DNA from: Podospora anserina
Lineage: Eukaryota
Direction of reading: 5' to 3'
NCBI GenBank assembly: GCA_017654855.1
Contig: CM030338.1
Location: forward strand, 1,178,001 to 1,242,000
Length of the DNA stretch: 64,000 nt
The notes beneath the pieces were generated by a model. It made no database searches and was not told the DNA's origin. It worked only from the letters and a program-made list of their open reading frames with translations. The translations under genes were made by a program, and so were the position numbers. Of this stretch, positions 48,271 through 59,622 are shown piece by piece; within the stretch, counting starts at the first letter, position 1, and every line of letters starts with the position of its first letter.

Positions 48271-50040
48271 GCTCATGATGGCCAGTGCTTCTTGCTCTGG
48301 AGGAACACAAGAAATCCACGGCGACAAAGGACTGGCTCGAGATCCAACAGATCGGGCGCCACAAGAGATCGAGACAGCAGCTGCCCAATGCCCAATACAG
48401 AGTCATGGAAGTTATGGGTTCTTCAACGGCCACTCAAGACATTCTGAAAGACAAGAAAAAGAAGAGAGACCCGAGATCTACATCCCTAGCAATGAGCTTA
48501 CTTTACCTGCCAAAAATATGTACGTACATATGATCGGTCGATAAGAGGCTGGTTGCCACTTTGAGCCCAGAACGACAGCCATGCTGAAGACTGCGCTCAC
48601 GCCACCAGCATCATTTCCCAATGCTGCACCGGTGTGGCTTGTTTGGTCCCGGTCGTGCTTATGAAGACAGGTGTAGGAACAACAACAACAACAACGGCTG
48701 CTTAGTGGACTCCGTAGCTGCGGTTGAGCACGCGCTGGCTGACAACTCTCGAGCCTCTCTCTCTGTTCGGATCCCATCAACAACAAACATGAAGGGCTGC
48801 ATCTCGGCCGGAGTCAGTGAGGGTCAGGGACCGCGAGTTGACAGTCTGGCAAATGCCAGGAAGCCGAACGCAGGCAGATGGCCCTGAGCTCGCAGGGCAT
48901 GGACTTCCCGGCCACGACCCTGGCAACATTCATCGTGGGACCCGATTTTCCAACAAGGGGCAGCCTATCAACACACGAGCCCTCGAGTCGCCCACCTTTT
49001 TCTTGGCTTGATCTCACTGAACCTCTGTTTACTAGAATCACGCCTCCCCGCCTCTCCTCCCACCAACACCCGCCGCCTCTTCCATCCCACCAGCTCTTGA
49101 CCTTTTGGTGAGCCCGCGCCCGAGCCTGCTTGATGGGTGCTGTGCTGTGCGGTCCATTGCTGGCCTGGCTGCCCGGTGGTGGTGGTGATGGTGCACTCCC
49201 GCTCTCACTCCCACTTCCCCTTTGGGCAGTCCATGCCCAGGTGGTCCATGGGGTGCCAGGACAAGGAAGGGAAGGCAAGGCAAGGCAAGGGAAGACAGAG
49301 GCAGAGCAGGGTTGTCTGTCTGTTCCTCGCTCTCTCCCATTTCGTAGAGTCCACCCGGGGCCCCGCTACTGCAGCTGCTTGCCATTGGCACTTGGGCCCG
49401 TACCACACTGCGCATTTTAGCACCCTTTTCTCCCCTTGCCTGCGAGCCCACGCACCGATTGGCAGGCACTGCACCGGGTCCCCCCCAAGCGAGCAAAGTG
49501 ATTAAACCCCCAGGCTCGCCCGCTCCCCTCCCCTCCGGCCCTCTCTCGCGATCTTTTTTCCAAGACCCTTTTTTTCCACATCCTCCCCCCCTCCCTTTTT
49601 CTTTTCCCCTTCTCTGGACAGTATCGCGGGAGCTTCCTTTTCCCCTTTCCCACTCTGTCTCCTATCTACTTTATGCTTGGCTAGTCCTACCAGACCTGTC
49701 CAACGAACCACTCACATCTGTCTACACGTCCAGTCGCTCGCCCCCGTCTGATTCCCTTCGAGAGACCCCAGAGGTAATCGACCTGCCCCGGACATCAGAC
49801 ATTCCGCGTCGCAGCTCCCCCGCCCATCACCATCGCGCGCACCCGCACCCGATAGCCGCCGATATTCTTGGGGATCTTTTGATTGGTTTCGTTTCGATAA
49901 ACCACCCATTGTTTCCGAAGCCGTTGCCCTTCCGCTTAGGCCCGGCAAGCGTACGGCACCTCGATCCGCGAACAGCAAGCAAAAGCACCTCAAGCGAGGG
50001 GAATTGGGTTGGAACTATCCATCGTGTAGAAGAATTTCCT

Positions 50041-50115
50041 ATGTCACGGGCTGGCCTCGGGAACCATCACATCTTTAAAATCACCACGGCATCGCACCTC
50101 GAAGGCAGCGCCTGA
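50041..50115 (+). promoter_or_regulatory. Candidate uORF (24 aa, MSRAGLGNHHIFKITTASHLEGSA) upstream of STE12
   Basis: Only ATG between ~49680 and the STE12 start at 50291. Confidence 0.4.
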
Positions 50116-50130
50116 TTCGACCTGCGCCGG

Positions 50131-50163
<33 letters not shown>
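50131..50163 (+). repeat. (CAT)11 microsatellite in the probable STE12 leader
   Basis: Direct reading of sequence. Confidence 0.9.
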
Positions 50164-50165
<2 letters not shown>

Positions 50166-50290
50166 CCACACGCATATACATATTATCGCGCCGACGGCCA
50201 AGCCAGTATCGTTTCTTTCCCTCTTCATCCGGGCACCCCCTGTTCGCAAAGCAACTGTGTTGTTCTTAGTCGACAGGCTTCCCACCCAAA

Positions 50291-52732
50291 ATGTATTCAC
50301 AGCAAAACGCGGCCATGCCCGCACCCCAAAAACCAGAGACCTTCATGTTGAGCTCGGAAGCCCAGCAAGCTCTCCCACACGATGCTCAGGTAGCTCTGCA
50401 GCAAGTTGATAACCGTGAGTGGTGATCCCGGATCAGCGCATCTGTCGCGCCACAAGCACTGACACAGTCTGCAGTTAAATACTTTCTTATTTCTGCGCCA
50501 GTTGACTGGCAAGCCGACCAGTACATTCGCCGCTTTCTTCTCCCAACGGGCGAGTACGTCTCCTGCGTTCTCTGGAACAACCTTTTCCACATCTCCGGCA
50601 CCGATATCGTAAGATGTCTCTCGTTCCGCTTCCAGGCCTTTGGTCGTCCAGTAAAAAACTCCAAGAAGTTTGAGGAAGGCATCTTCTCGGATCTGCGAAA
50701 TCTCAAGTCGGGAACCGATGCCTCGCTCGAGGAGCCCAAGAGCCCCTTTTTGGACTTTCTCTACAAGAACAACTGCATCAGGACACAAAAGAAGCAAAAG
50801 GTCTTTTACTGGTACAGCGTTCCCCACGACAGGCTTTTCCTCGATGCTCTCGAAAGAGACCTCAAGAGGGAAAAGATGGGCCAGGAAGCCACCACCGTCG
50901 CCGTCAGCGAGCCCGCGCTCTCGTTCCAGTACGACTCGTCGCAGTCGCTCTATGAGCAGCTCACCAAGGCTCAGCAGGCCAACTCTTCGTCTTTCAACAA
51001 CGCCCAGCAAGTTTCTTTTTCTCAGTCCCAGTCCACCTCGCCGGTAATGCGCGCCATGGACTCGATGCCACCGCCACAGATGATCCCTCAGTCGATGGCC
51101 CCTTTGGCGGATGGGATGGACGCCATGGTCCCGTACGGAGCGATGACGATGGCGCCCTCGATGGCCCCCCAGCCAATGATCAAGCGCGAGCCTGAGTATC
51201 CCCGTGCTCAGTACAACCAGAACGGTGTCCCAATTGCCCAGACCCACCAAAGGCACGCTTCCATGCCCGCGTACGGGTTGGAGTACTCTCCTGCGCCCTC
51301 ATTTGTGTCTTCTCACTTTGAGGACTACAGCCAAAGGGGCATCTCCTTCGAGCCCTTGACGCCTCCTCAGCAGGCTCTCGGTATTCCCAACGAGCCCGCT
51401 TACATTGCCAACGAGGAGACCGGTCTCTACAGCGCTATCCCCGACCACATGAATGTTGGGCTCAACGGCATGATGCAGCTCCCACCATCAAACCTCGCTG
51501 GGCCATCGTTCTCTCGCCCGTACGCTGCGAACAACAGCTTCTCTGTGATCGAAGGATCGCCGACATACAAGCAGAGGAGACGGCGTTCATCCATTCCACC
51601 ATCCCTGTCGGCCACCACTGCTGCGATTGCGACAGCGACCGCTGCTCATCGTCCTTCGGACCTGCGGAGATCCGTCTCTGCGTCCGTCGGTCCCGTTGCT
51701 GAGGGTGACGAGTCTGCGGATAACTCCCCACCGGGCTTGACCTACAGCAACTCTGCTATCTCTCTCAACAGCCAACATCACAGGGAAATGCTCGAAATGT
51801 CTCGCCACGGTACTCCCTTGTCGACAGTTGAGGGCAGCCCTGCGCTCAACCCCGTCAACCTTCAGCAAGATTTCTCGCCACTCAACGGTGATGAGCTCGG
51901 CCCTCTGAACGAAAGGCCAATGATGCAGGGTGCTCCCGGTGTCGTGCGCAGAGCCCGCTCTGCCACGGTCATGGAGCTCGGCCCCTATCCCCAAAAGTCT
52001 CACTCCTGCCCCATTCCCACATGCGGTCGTCTCTTCAAGAGATTAGAGCACCTCAAACGGTAAGACAGTGTTTTTTTTCTTCTCAACATATCAGCGATGC
52101 AAAACCTCCCGTTGCGTTATCTAACCAAACAAACCTTCCAGACACGTGAGAACCCACACACAAGAAAGACCCTACATCTGCCCTTACTGCAGCAAAGCAT
52201 TCTCCAGATCAGACAACCTAGCACAGTATGCCCCCGTTCTTTCCTTCATGTATTTTTTCCTTTGTCAGTGGACAAGTGGGAAGAGCAGCAGCAAGTTGTG
52301 CAAGTGGCATACCAATACATGGAAAGATGGCCGAAGGACACATTTCACAGCACAAGCCTCCACGCCGACCACACTCACCAGGGGTATTTTCAAGCATGGA
52401 CTAACAAGATGTCTCTCTGCAGGCACAAGCGCACTCATGATCGCGGTGACGGTGTTGATGGCAACTTCAGCTTGTCCGGCGAGGAGGAGGAGCAGTACTC
52501 TGGCGAGGACCAACTCGAGTCTCTCGATGACGCGTCGCCAACCTCGGAGAACGGCTACGTCGCCGGTTCCCTCGACTCGGCTCTTCACAACCACCAAAAC
52601 CAAAACGGCATGCCACCATCGAACGGTCCCAACATGCACCAAGCGCCACAGCAATACAACAGCCTTCAGACTCTTAGCATGCCCATGACGATAAGCCACC
52701 CTCAGGCCATCAACGCCGGCGGTATGATGTAA
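50291..52732 (+). CDS. STE12: Ste12-like transcription factor (STE domain plus two C2H2 fingers); introns 50415-50474, 52060-52141, 52226-52422
   Basis: LKYFLISAPVDWQADQYIRRF, KKFEEGIFSDLRNLK, CIRTQKKQKVFYWYSVPHDRLFLDALERDLKRE; CPIPTCGRLFKRLEHLKRHVRTH and CPYCSKAFSRSDNLAQHKRTH. Confidence 0.97.
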
Positions 52733-54662
52733 ATGTTTGGAATGTGAAACTGTGTGGGATAGTGCTGTACAAAACATAAGGGTCAGGGATGGAACTAGGA
52801 GTATTTGGAAGACTTTCTTGGCAGAAGAGCGGCATGATGGATCTTTTTTTTTCTTTCTTTTTTTGGAATCGGCGGGACATTTTTTTTCCTTCACCATCTT
52901 CTTATCCGCACTTGTTTGCTGTCGGAGCCCATTTACAACCCACCTTGGCATTTTCTTCTTTTTTTTATTTTTATCATTTTTGACATCATCTTTGCAAGGG
53001 AAGATCTTTCTTGGACACCGAAAAAGAGCGGTGTATCTTTTTTTTATCATTTTTGTTTACAATTTTTTTTTGTTTTGGTCAAAAACCTTTTCACATTGAT
53101 GATTGCAATCGACTGTTGATGCATTCACGAAGAATAGAGATGGGTGGTGGATTTTGGAAGAAATTTTATAGGGAGGAGGGTTTTTAGGAAGGAGGGAGGG
53201 AAACAACAATGGAAGGCAGAACGAGGCACACGCAAAACAAATAACACACACAACTAAACTAACATTTTTATGTATATATATTGGAAGAGAGAGAGAGAGA
53301 TTTGTTTTGTGGCTGTCTTGTCTGTTTTTTCCTCTTTGTTTTTTCTCTATTTTTCTTCTTCTGGTTTGATTTGGTTGTCTTTGTGTTGTTCTTTTGGTGT
53401 GTGAAGGAATTGGAGTTGAAAGATACCAGATGATGTCGGGAGAGTTGAGGAGTGGGGTGGGAGGCAGTTGAATTGAAATGATGATTTGAATAGACTTTCT
53501 TGCTCGAGTGAGTGACTTGGTGGATGTGATATGCTTTCTGGGTGTTTACAATACCACCAAGCTCCCGATGCGAGGTAGGATTGCACAGAGAATTTTGGAG
53601 GAGACGATCTTTGCAACGAGGCATCGGTATGTAACACGGTACATATCGATGTCGCTTCTGACTTGGTATCTTGAGGTGTAACATCTCACAAGTAACACAC
53701 ATATCTTCCATGTCAAAGTGACACATCAAAAACCTATATCACGGTGTCCCAGTAACTCCCAACATGGGTGGACGTTTCCACAAACCCATGATGATCAACT
53801 TGCAAAGTATCAACATCAATGTTTGGACAACAACCATCTGCATTAAGCGACCCCCAAGACCTATTCTACAGACCATATGATCTACACGCCCCAACCCAAC
53901 CCAACCCAATCAACTACCGACGGCATAACACCACAAGATCTTGAGATGGCCCATCCTGCCCACCAGCCCCCATGACCACCAAGGCCAAAGTCCGACCAGC
54001 CGGGTAGAACAGCCGGTCCCTGGCGGCCGCTACAAGCACAACCCCAACGGGGAAATGTTCTAGATCCCTTCCCCCCCTGTGGCCCCGTGCCCGTCGTTCG
54101 TCGACCTCCTGGCTGGGGGCATGGCCGCTGCAACAGTCAACCTGCACAACATCCCCCCCCCTCCCTCCCGTGAACCAAAACCCAATCTGCTCAACCCCGA
54201 GTTCCAGTCCTTGCCCGCTTGCTTGTTGCTACACCCAAGACAACAAATCCCCCTTCGAACCTGAGCCGCATCATATCCCCTCTCCTCTCCCCACCCCTAG
54301 CCCCTTTCCATCCACAAATGCCGTGCCAGTAGGGGTATGGGTACGGTGTCAGGACTCAAGTTCGGGGTCGGGATATTGAACCTCTGTACAAACTATAAGC
54401 AGGCATCCCCGAGGCCCAGCTCCAAAAACATGTTTTGAAACAGGTCGGCCAAGGGGGGTGGGAAATCTCTGTTTCAAAATAGCAATCCAGATCTGAGTGC
54501 CGCCAAAGTGCATGCTTATCTCAGATAAGCCTTTCGAGAGTCTGGGTAGTGTCCCCTTGTGGGGAGAGAGATACTTGCAGGATCAAAGTTGCCGTGCCCG
54601 TGAGATCCCATCAACCAACCCCAATCCAGATTCTCTTCCTTCGAGATGCAAATAACCCTGAC

Positions 54663-54663
<1 letters not shown>

Positions 54664-54689
<26 letters not shown>
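54664..54689 (+). repeat. (AG)13 microsatellite immediately after the stop codon of the FAF1-like gene
   Basis: Direct reading of sequence. Confidence 0.9.
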
Positions 54690-54691
<2 letters not shown>

Positions 54692-54694
<3 letters not shown>

Positions 54695-55804
54695 TCTCCT
54701 CCCCCCTCTCCCACCCCGTCCTCCTCCCCTCCTCGCAGGACCGGGTCTATTCAACACCTCCGCCTCCCTTGCACTAATCCTCAGCGTGGCCCCCTTCATC
54801 CTCCCTACCCCCGGTGCTCCCACCTCCCTTGGCTCCCCTCTCCCACCACCTCTCCTCCCCCTCGATGGTTTGCTCTTCTTCACCTCCCTCTCCAGCACAA
54901 TCCCATTCTCCTTTGCCTCTTTTCTCCGTTTGGCCTCCTTCGCCGCGGCATGGCTCACAATCCCCTTCCTCATCGCCATGGGCATCTTAGCCTGACCCAA
55001 GATGCTGTCCTTGGCCCCCAGCGCCTGGAATCTCATATCGGTAGTCTTCTTCGCGGTGCGCCCGGCGGCGAAGGCGCGCGTGTTGGCGGCGGTTTCTGCG
55101 GCGGCGCTGGACTGCCAGTGGGAGGCGTTGCCGCCGGCGGCGGAGAGGATGTGGGACTCGGCGATGAGGCGCTGGAGGGCGAGATCGTTCGCCAGAAAGG
55201 CGGCGCTGTCTTCGGCTTGGGACTCGTCGGCCTTTTTCTTTTTTGGGTTGGGGGTGTCGGACTGTGCCGCAGATGTGTGGCTTGGTGGACGGGAGGACTA
55301 TTTTACCTCGTTGGTTAGTATTTGTGTAGTGAAGTTAATTGACAAAAGACGTACGAGGTAGGCTTTGAGCTCTTTTTTGCTCATGAGGGAGGTTATCGCG
55401 GTTGAGGAAGGGTCTTGACTGTAGTCGACCACCTCTACGACGTGGGATTCTCCTTTTTCTTCCGAGTCTGCTACGCCTCTGGTTAGCACTTGGTGGTCTT
55501 GCCAAATGCGGTTGTGACAGGTCGGCGTACCGTCTTCCTCTTCCTCTTCGCTAGAGACACCATCCCAGGATTCGGCATCGGATTCGTCGCTGTCAAAGTC
55601 GCTGTCGTCTTCTTCTTCTTCTTCTTCTTCTTCGTCATCCTCATCCTCATCGCGGGCCTGTCTCTTGGATGGTGGAGCGGCGCATGGGGCGATGCCAGCG
55701 GGCATCTTGAATCGAGCCTCAAAGTGCCGTCTGAGGGCTTCTTGGGCGTCCACCACGTCCTCTTCGGCGGGAGGCGCCTTTCGTTTTCCTAATCCGCTTG
55801 GCAT
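54692..55804 (-). CDS. FAF1/DUF4602-like nucleolar 40S biogenesis protein; introns 55530-55471 and 55354-55298
   Basis: AQEALRRHFEARF, acidic tract, NDLALQRLIAESHIL, KMPMAMRKGI...EAKENGIVL, VGRMKGATLRIS motifs; basic Gly/Arg tail. Confidence 0.7.
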
Positions 55805-56138
55805 TTTTGCGATTGAGATTTGTGAGGTGCGTGTTGGTGGTGAATTGCAAGGTGGGATGGGAGCTCTTGACCAAAAATTTCGGGGAGCTTTGCGGTAGCA
55901 GAACCTCGATGGCTTTCCTTATCTTATCTGTTACCATCTTTCGTACCATTTGCGTAAATTCCACATTAACCACCGCAAATTGGATGAAAATACCGTGTAT
56001 TCACATCACCCCTCCGACAATTGCTCACCCACTCCCTCATCGTTTACTCACTCACTCACACTCAAAAGCTACCCCGCCAAAACATTCACTCACCCACCCA
56101 CCCCCTTTTTCACCCCCTGTTCCTCCCTCACCACCAAC

Positions 56139-56988
56139 ATGACCCGTTTCCGCCCCTGCATAGACCTCCACTCAGGCCAAGTCAAACAAATCGTCGGCGG
56201 CACCCTCGACTCCAAAACCACCTCCCTCCTCACCAACTTTATCTCCCCCCACCCCCCATCTTACTTCTCCAAGCTCTACAAAGAAAATGACCTCCACGGC
56301 GCTCACGTCATCATGCTCGGGCCCGGCAACCGCACAGCAGCCATCGAGTCCCTAGCCGCCTGGCCCAACAACCTCCAAATCGGCGGCGGCATCAACGAGA
56401 CCAACGCCCAGGAGTGGATCAACCTCGGAGCCTCAAAAGTGATCATCACATCCTACCTCTTTCCCAACGGGACTTTCTCCCAGGAGAGACTAGACAAAGT
56501 CCTTGTTGCGCTTGGTGGGGACAAGGAGAAGCTGGTGATTGATCTGAGCTGCAGGAGGAAGGGCGAGGATAGGTGGTTTGTTGCCATGGATAAGTGGCAG
56601 ACGATCACAGATATGGAGGTTTGTGAAGGTGAGTCTTTCTTCTCCATCTTTTCGGTACTGATAAGGCGGAAGGAACAATGGCAAACTGACGGTGAGAAAA
56701 ACAGAATCTATCAGACAGCTCGAGCCGTATTGCTCAGAGTTCCTCATCCACGCTGCCGACAACGAAGGCCTGCAGCGTGGCATTGACGAAAAGCTGGTGG
56801 AAAACCTGGCCAGGTGGTGCAGTATCCCCGTTACATACGCTGGCGGCGGTAGGAATCTGGATGATCTGGAGATGGTCAAGAAGCTCAGCAACGGGAAAGT
56901 GGACCTAACAATCGGCAGCGCCCTGGATTGCTTCGGCGGGAGCGGTGTCACGCTGCAAGAGTGCGTTGAATGGAATAAAAAGCAGTAA
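56139..56988 (+). CDS. HIS6: ProFAR isomerase (histidine biosynthesis); intron 56629-56704
   Basis: [69 protein letters not shown]. Confidence 0.95.
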
Positions 56989-57093
56989 AAATGATGCAAC
57001 AAGTGAAAAAATAAAAGAAGGGCATATTGTTCCCAATGCATATTTTTGGCGCTAACAATGGACTTGAATAACTATTAACACTGTCCAACACGA

Positions 57094-59145
57094 TCAAAGA
57101 CTCTTGAGCTCCTTCTCCATAGTCTTCAGCTGCTCCCTAACCTTGGGGCAATAGTGCTTCTTCAAGAGCTCCCCTTCCCAGATCGTCGTGGCAAATGGAT
57201 TGCTACCTTCGACCGTCTCAGCCAGAGGCTTAAATGTGCCGTCCATTTTCCTCTCTTCAGTATTCCAGAGCGCGTTGACCTTCCTGTTATGTGTGTGCAC
57301 CACCTCACCCAAAAGCCCAAGCATCGCCTGACACGATTTCTCCGGCAGCTGCAAAGCCACCGTCATGAGCTGCTTGGTGAAGGCGGCCAGACGGAGAGGC
57401 GGTACGGACCTGATGTTCCAGGGTGGAAGAAGCACACCGCTCAGGCAGCGCATGAGTAGGACTGTGGTCGTCTGCACGTTGATCCTGGTGTCCTTGCGAT
57501 TACCTCCTGACTCGTCGTTCGGGTCAGAGAGATGGAGGGACTTGGCACCCAGCTCCAGATCAGGATTCACCGATAGGGGGAGAAGACCACGGTAAAGATG
57601 TGTGATAAAGTAGGAAAGGTCGAGGTGCAGGTCGGTGCGAGCGTTGTGGGCATCCTGGCCCTCGAGGAGCGCAAATGCTGTGATGGTGCACAGCAGGGAT
57701 TCTCTGCTGGTGTCGCGGATGACTTCTTCCTCGTCGCCGTCCTCCGCCATCTGTTCATCCTCGTTTTCTTCCTCGGGCATCTCGCTGTAACGAATGAGCT
57801 GCTTCAGAGCTTCAAGAAGATCGCCAAAGAAATCCTGGTTGATGAGGTGAGCATATTGGGCCAACCCTTCCAGAACAGCTCCCATAAGGTGTGGCACCCG
57901 CTCTTTCAGAACTCTGAAATAGGTCGCGAAAACCATCTTCAGGGTTTCCGATTGCATCTTCTCTCTTTCTTCATGGCTGACCGCGGCATCTGCGTGAGCC
58001 ATGACCTTTTCGGCTTCCTTTTGCTCCTTCATAAGCTTGCGTTCCTTCTTCGTCCGGAACTGCTTCTTCTGCTTGAGCTTCTTCCCGTTATACCCATCAG
58101 TGGGCCGATCGGCCCTATCTTGCGAGGCCTTGCCTGCAAACTCGCCCAGAAGACGAAGGTGAAGGAATGTGTTGAGTACACTCTCGTCAACGCGATATTC
58201 CTTGGCCCTCATCATCTTGCTGAGCAGAGACACAGCTTCCATGGATGCGTTTCCCTCCTCGTCCTCCCTGAAAAGAGTCTCGAGAGTCTCTCTACACTTG
58301 ACAAAATCAGCATCAACCTTGCGAGTGCTCAGCTTCTTGACCAATATCCTCAGCAGATCGCCCCGAAAGTTGAAATGTGGTACTGAGTTGACTAGAGTGC
58401 AGGCGCAGTTGATCGCGATGGTGGAAATAGGCTGGCCGCGAGTGCTCATTTCGGCTGATGGCGAAGCAGCGAAATAGGCAAGCTTTTTGATATACCCCTG
58501 ATAACCCGTCACCAACGCCTGCTCGTATGTTCGCAGCCGCCTGACCTCCTTCGATAGCTTCTCACCAGCCTCCTCGGTAGAAGGTCTTATCCGGTAGCCT
58601 GGGATGACATCTTTGTACACCGTCATCTGCGTAACCATGCAGATCTTCTTGATGGCCATAATCTGGGAATCGCCAATCCTGGACATTGCCTTGAATGCAC
58701 CGGGGTATTCTTCGGGGTCTTCGTTCAACTGTGTCGCAACCTTGGCGAGTTCTTCCTGTGCGCGTCGAATCTGCTCCTTCACCGGGATCTGGGGCTCCTC
58801 GGGGGCAGCCTCCTCTGCTTCTTCGGGTTCCGCATCTTCGTTGTCCTCGCCCTCGAGCCATTCGCTGTCGCTGGCCACAGAAGCGGCATCGTCCTCCTTC
58901 ACAGTCCAAGTTCCTGCGGCAGTCCGGGAAGGCAGCCTCCCAGCCTCGGCGGCTGCCTTTCTTGCATCCTTCTTCTTGCCTTTCCGGGATCGTTCTTCGT
59001 AACTTTGTTCGAGATTCCAGTTGGCGGCGGTCTTGAAGAACTGCTTCTGGATTTTGCTGTCGTTTCCGTTCGATCCGTCGGCTGTCTCCCCAGTAGGGGA
59101 AACTCTTCTCCTCTTGGAGGGGCGTATGCTCAATGTTTCGGCCAT
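57094..59145 (-). CDS. NOC3: Nucleolar complex-associated protein 3 (CBF/Mak21 family), intronless 683 aa
   Basis: VYKDVIPGYRIRP, VPHFNFR, AHLINQDFFGDLLEAL, RLAAFTKQL, KHYCPKV motifs. Confidence 0.9.
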   Translation of the reverse strand: MAETLSIRPSKRRRVSPTGETADGSNGNDSKIQKQFFKTAANWNLEQSYEERSRKGKKKDARKAAAEAGRLPSRTAAGTWTVKEDDAASVASDSEWLEGEDNEDAEPEEAEEAAPEEPQIPVKEQIRRAQEELAKVATQLNEDPEEYPGAFKAMSRIGDSQIMAIKKICMVTQMTVYKDVIPGYRIRPSTEEAGEKLSKEVRRLRTYEQALVTGYQGYIKKLAYFAASPSAEMSTRGQPISTIAINCACTLVNSVPHFNFRGDLLRILVKKLSTRKVDADFVKCRETLETLFREDEEGNASMEAVSLLSKMMRAKEYRVDESVLNTFLHLRLLGEFAGKASQDRADRPTDGYNGKKLKQKKQFRTKKERKLMKEQKEAEKVMAHADAAVSHEEREKMQSETLKMVFATYFRVLKERVPHLMGAVLEGLAQYAHLINQDFFGDLLEALKQLIRYSEMPEEENEDEQMAEDGDEEEVIRDTSRESLLCTITAFALLEGQDAHNARTDLHLDLSYFITHLYRGLLPLSVNPDLELGAKSLHLSDPNDESGGNRKDTRINVQTTTVLLMRCLSGVLLPPWNIRSVPPLRLAAFTKQLMTVALQLPEKSCQAMLGLLGEVVHTHNRKVNALWNTEERKMDGTFKPLAETVEGSNPFATTIWEGELLKKHYCPKVREQLKTMEKELKSL

Positions 59146-59622
59146 CGCGCAAATCTAGACTGGAAGTTGGTGTGCTTTTGTTTAATATGTATGGCAGTGG
59201 TGTGTTCCTCCAAGCCTGGAATTTTTTTCTGGACCCTGATGGACGGCAGCTGCATCCCACCAGAGCTAGCCTTATCGGCCACATATCATTGGCTGAAGCT
59301 ATCTTATCGGATCCACTTTACAAAATTTCTAGAGTTCAACTCTCGATTGTTGCGAAAGTCCATGAAACAGAAGCAACGCCGTAATCAACAAGGCGATCGC
59401 TGTCGCAACCACTGATAGGAAATCGTGGTAGGCAACAGGCCTTCAATCCGATCACGACCCGCGTCTCCTTGCTTAAGGCACGCCTTAAATTCGCAGCAAC
59501 AGGCGTCGCAATCGCAGCAACAGGCCTAGGACGAAAAACCAGACGCCTTCAATTTGCAGTTGAACGTCTTCAAGTTGCAACAACACGCCTACTATTGGCA
59601 GTTATAGGCGCTCTTAGATATA

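Noticed and set aside
50297..51256. 319-aa minus-strand ORF
   Set aside because: Antisense to STE12; no independent coding evidence
56043..56063. TTACTCACTCACTCA as a Cpc1/Gcn4 site for HIS6
   Set aside because: Part of a (CACT)n repeat probably within the 5' UTR and not the TGACTC core
59365..59615. CRISPR-like interpretation of the spaced repeats before UTP10
   Set aside because: Repeats are short and degenerate, spacing is irregular, there are no cas genes, and the context is eukaryotic
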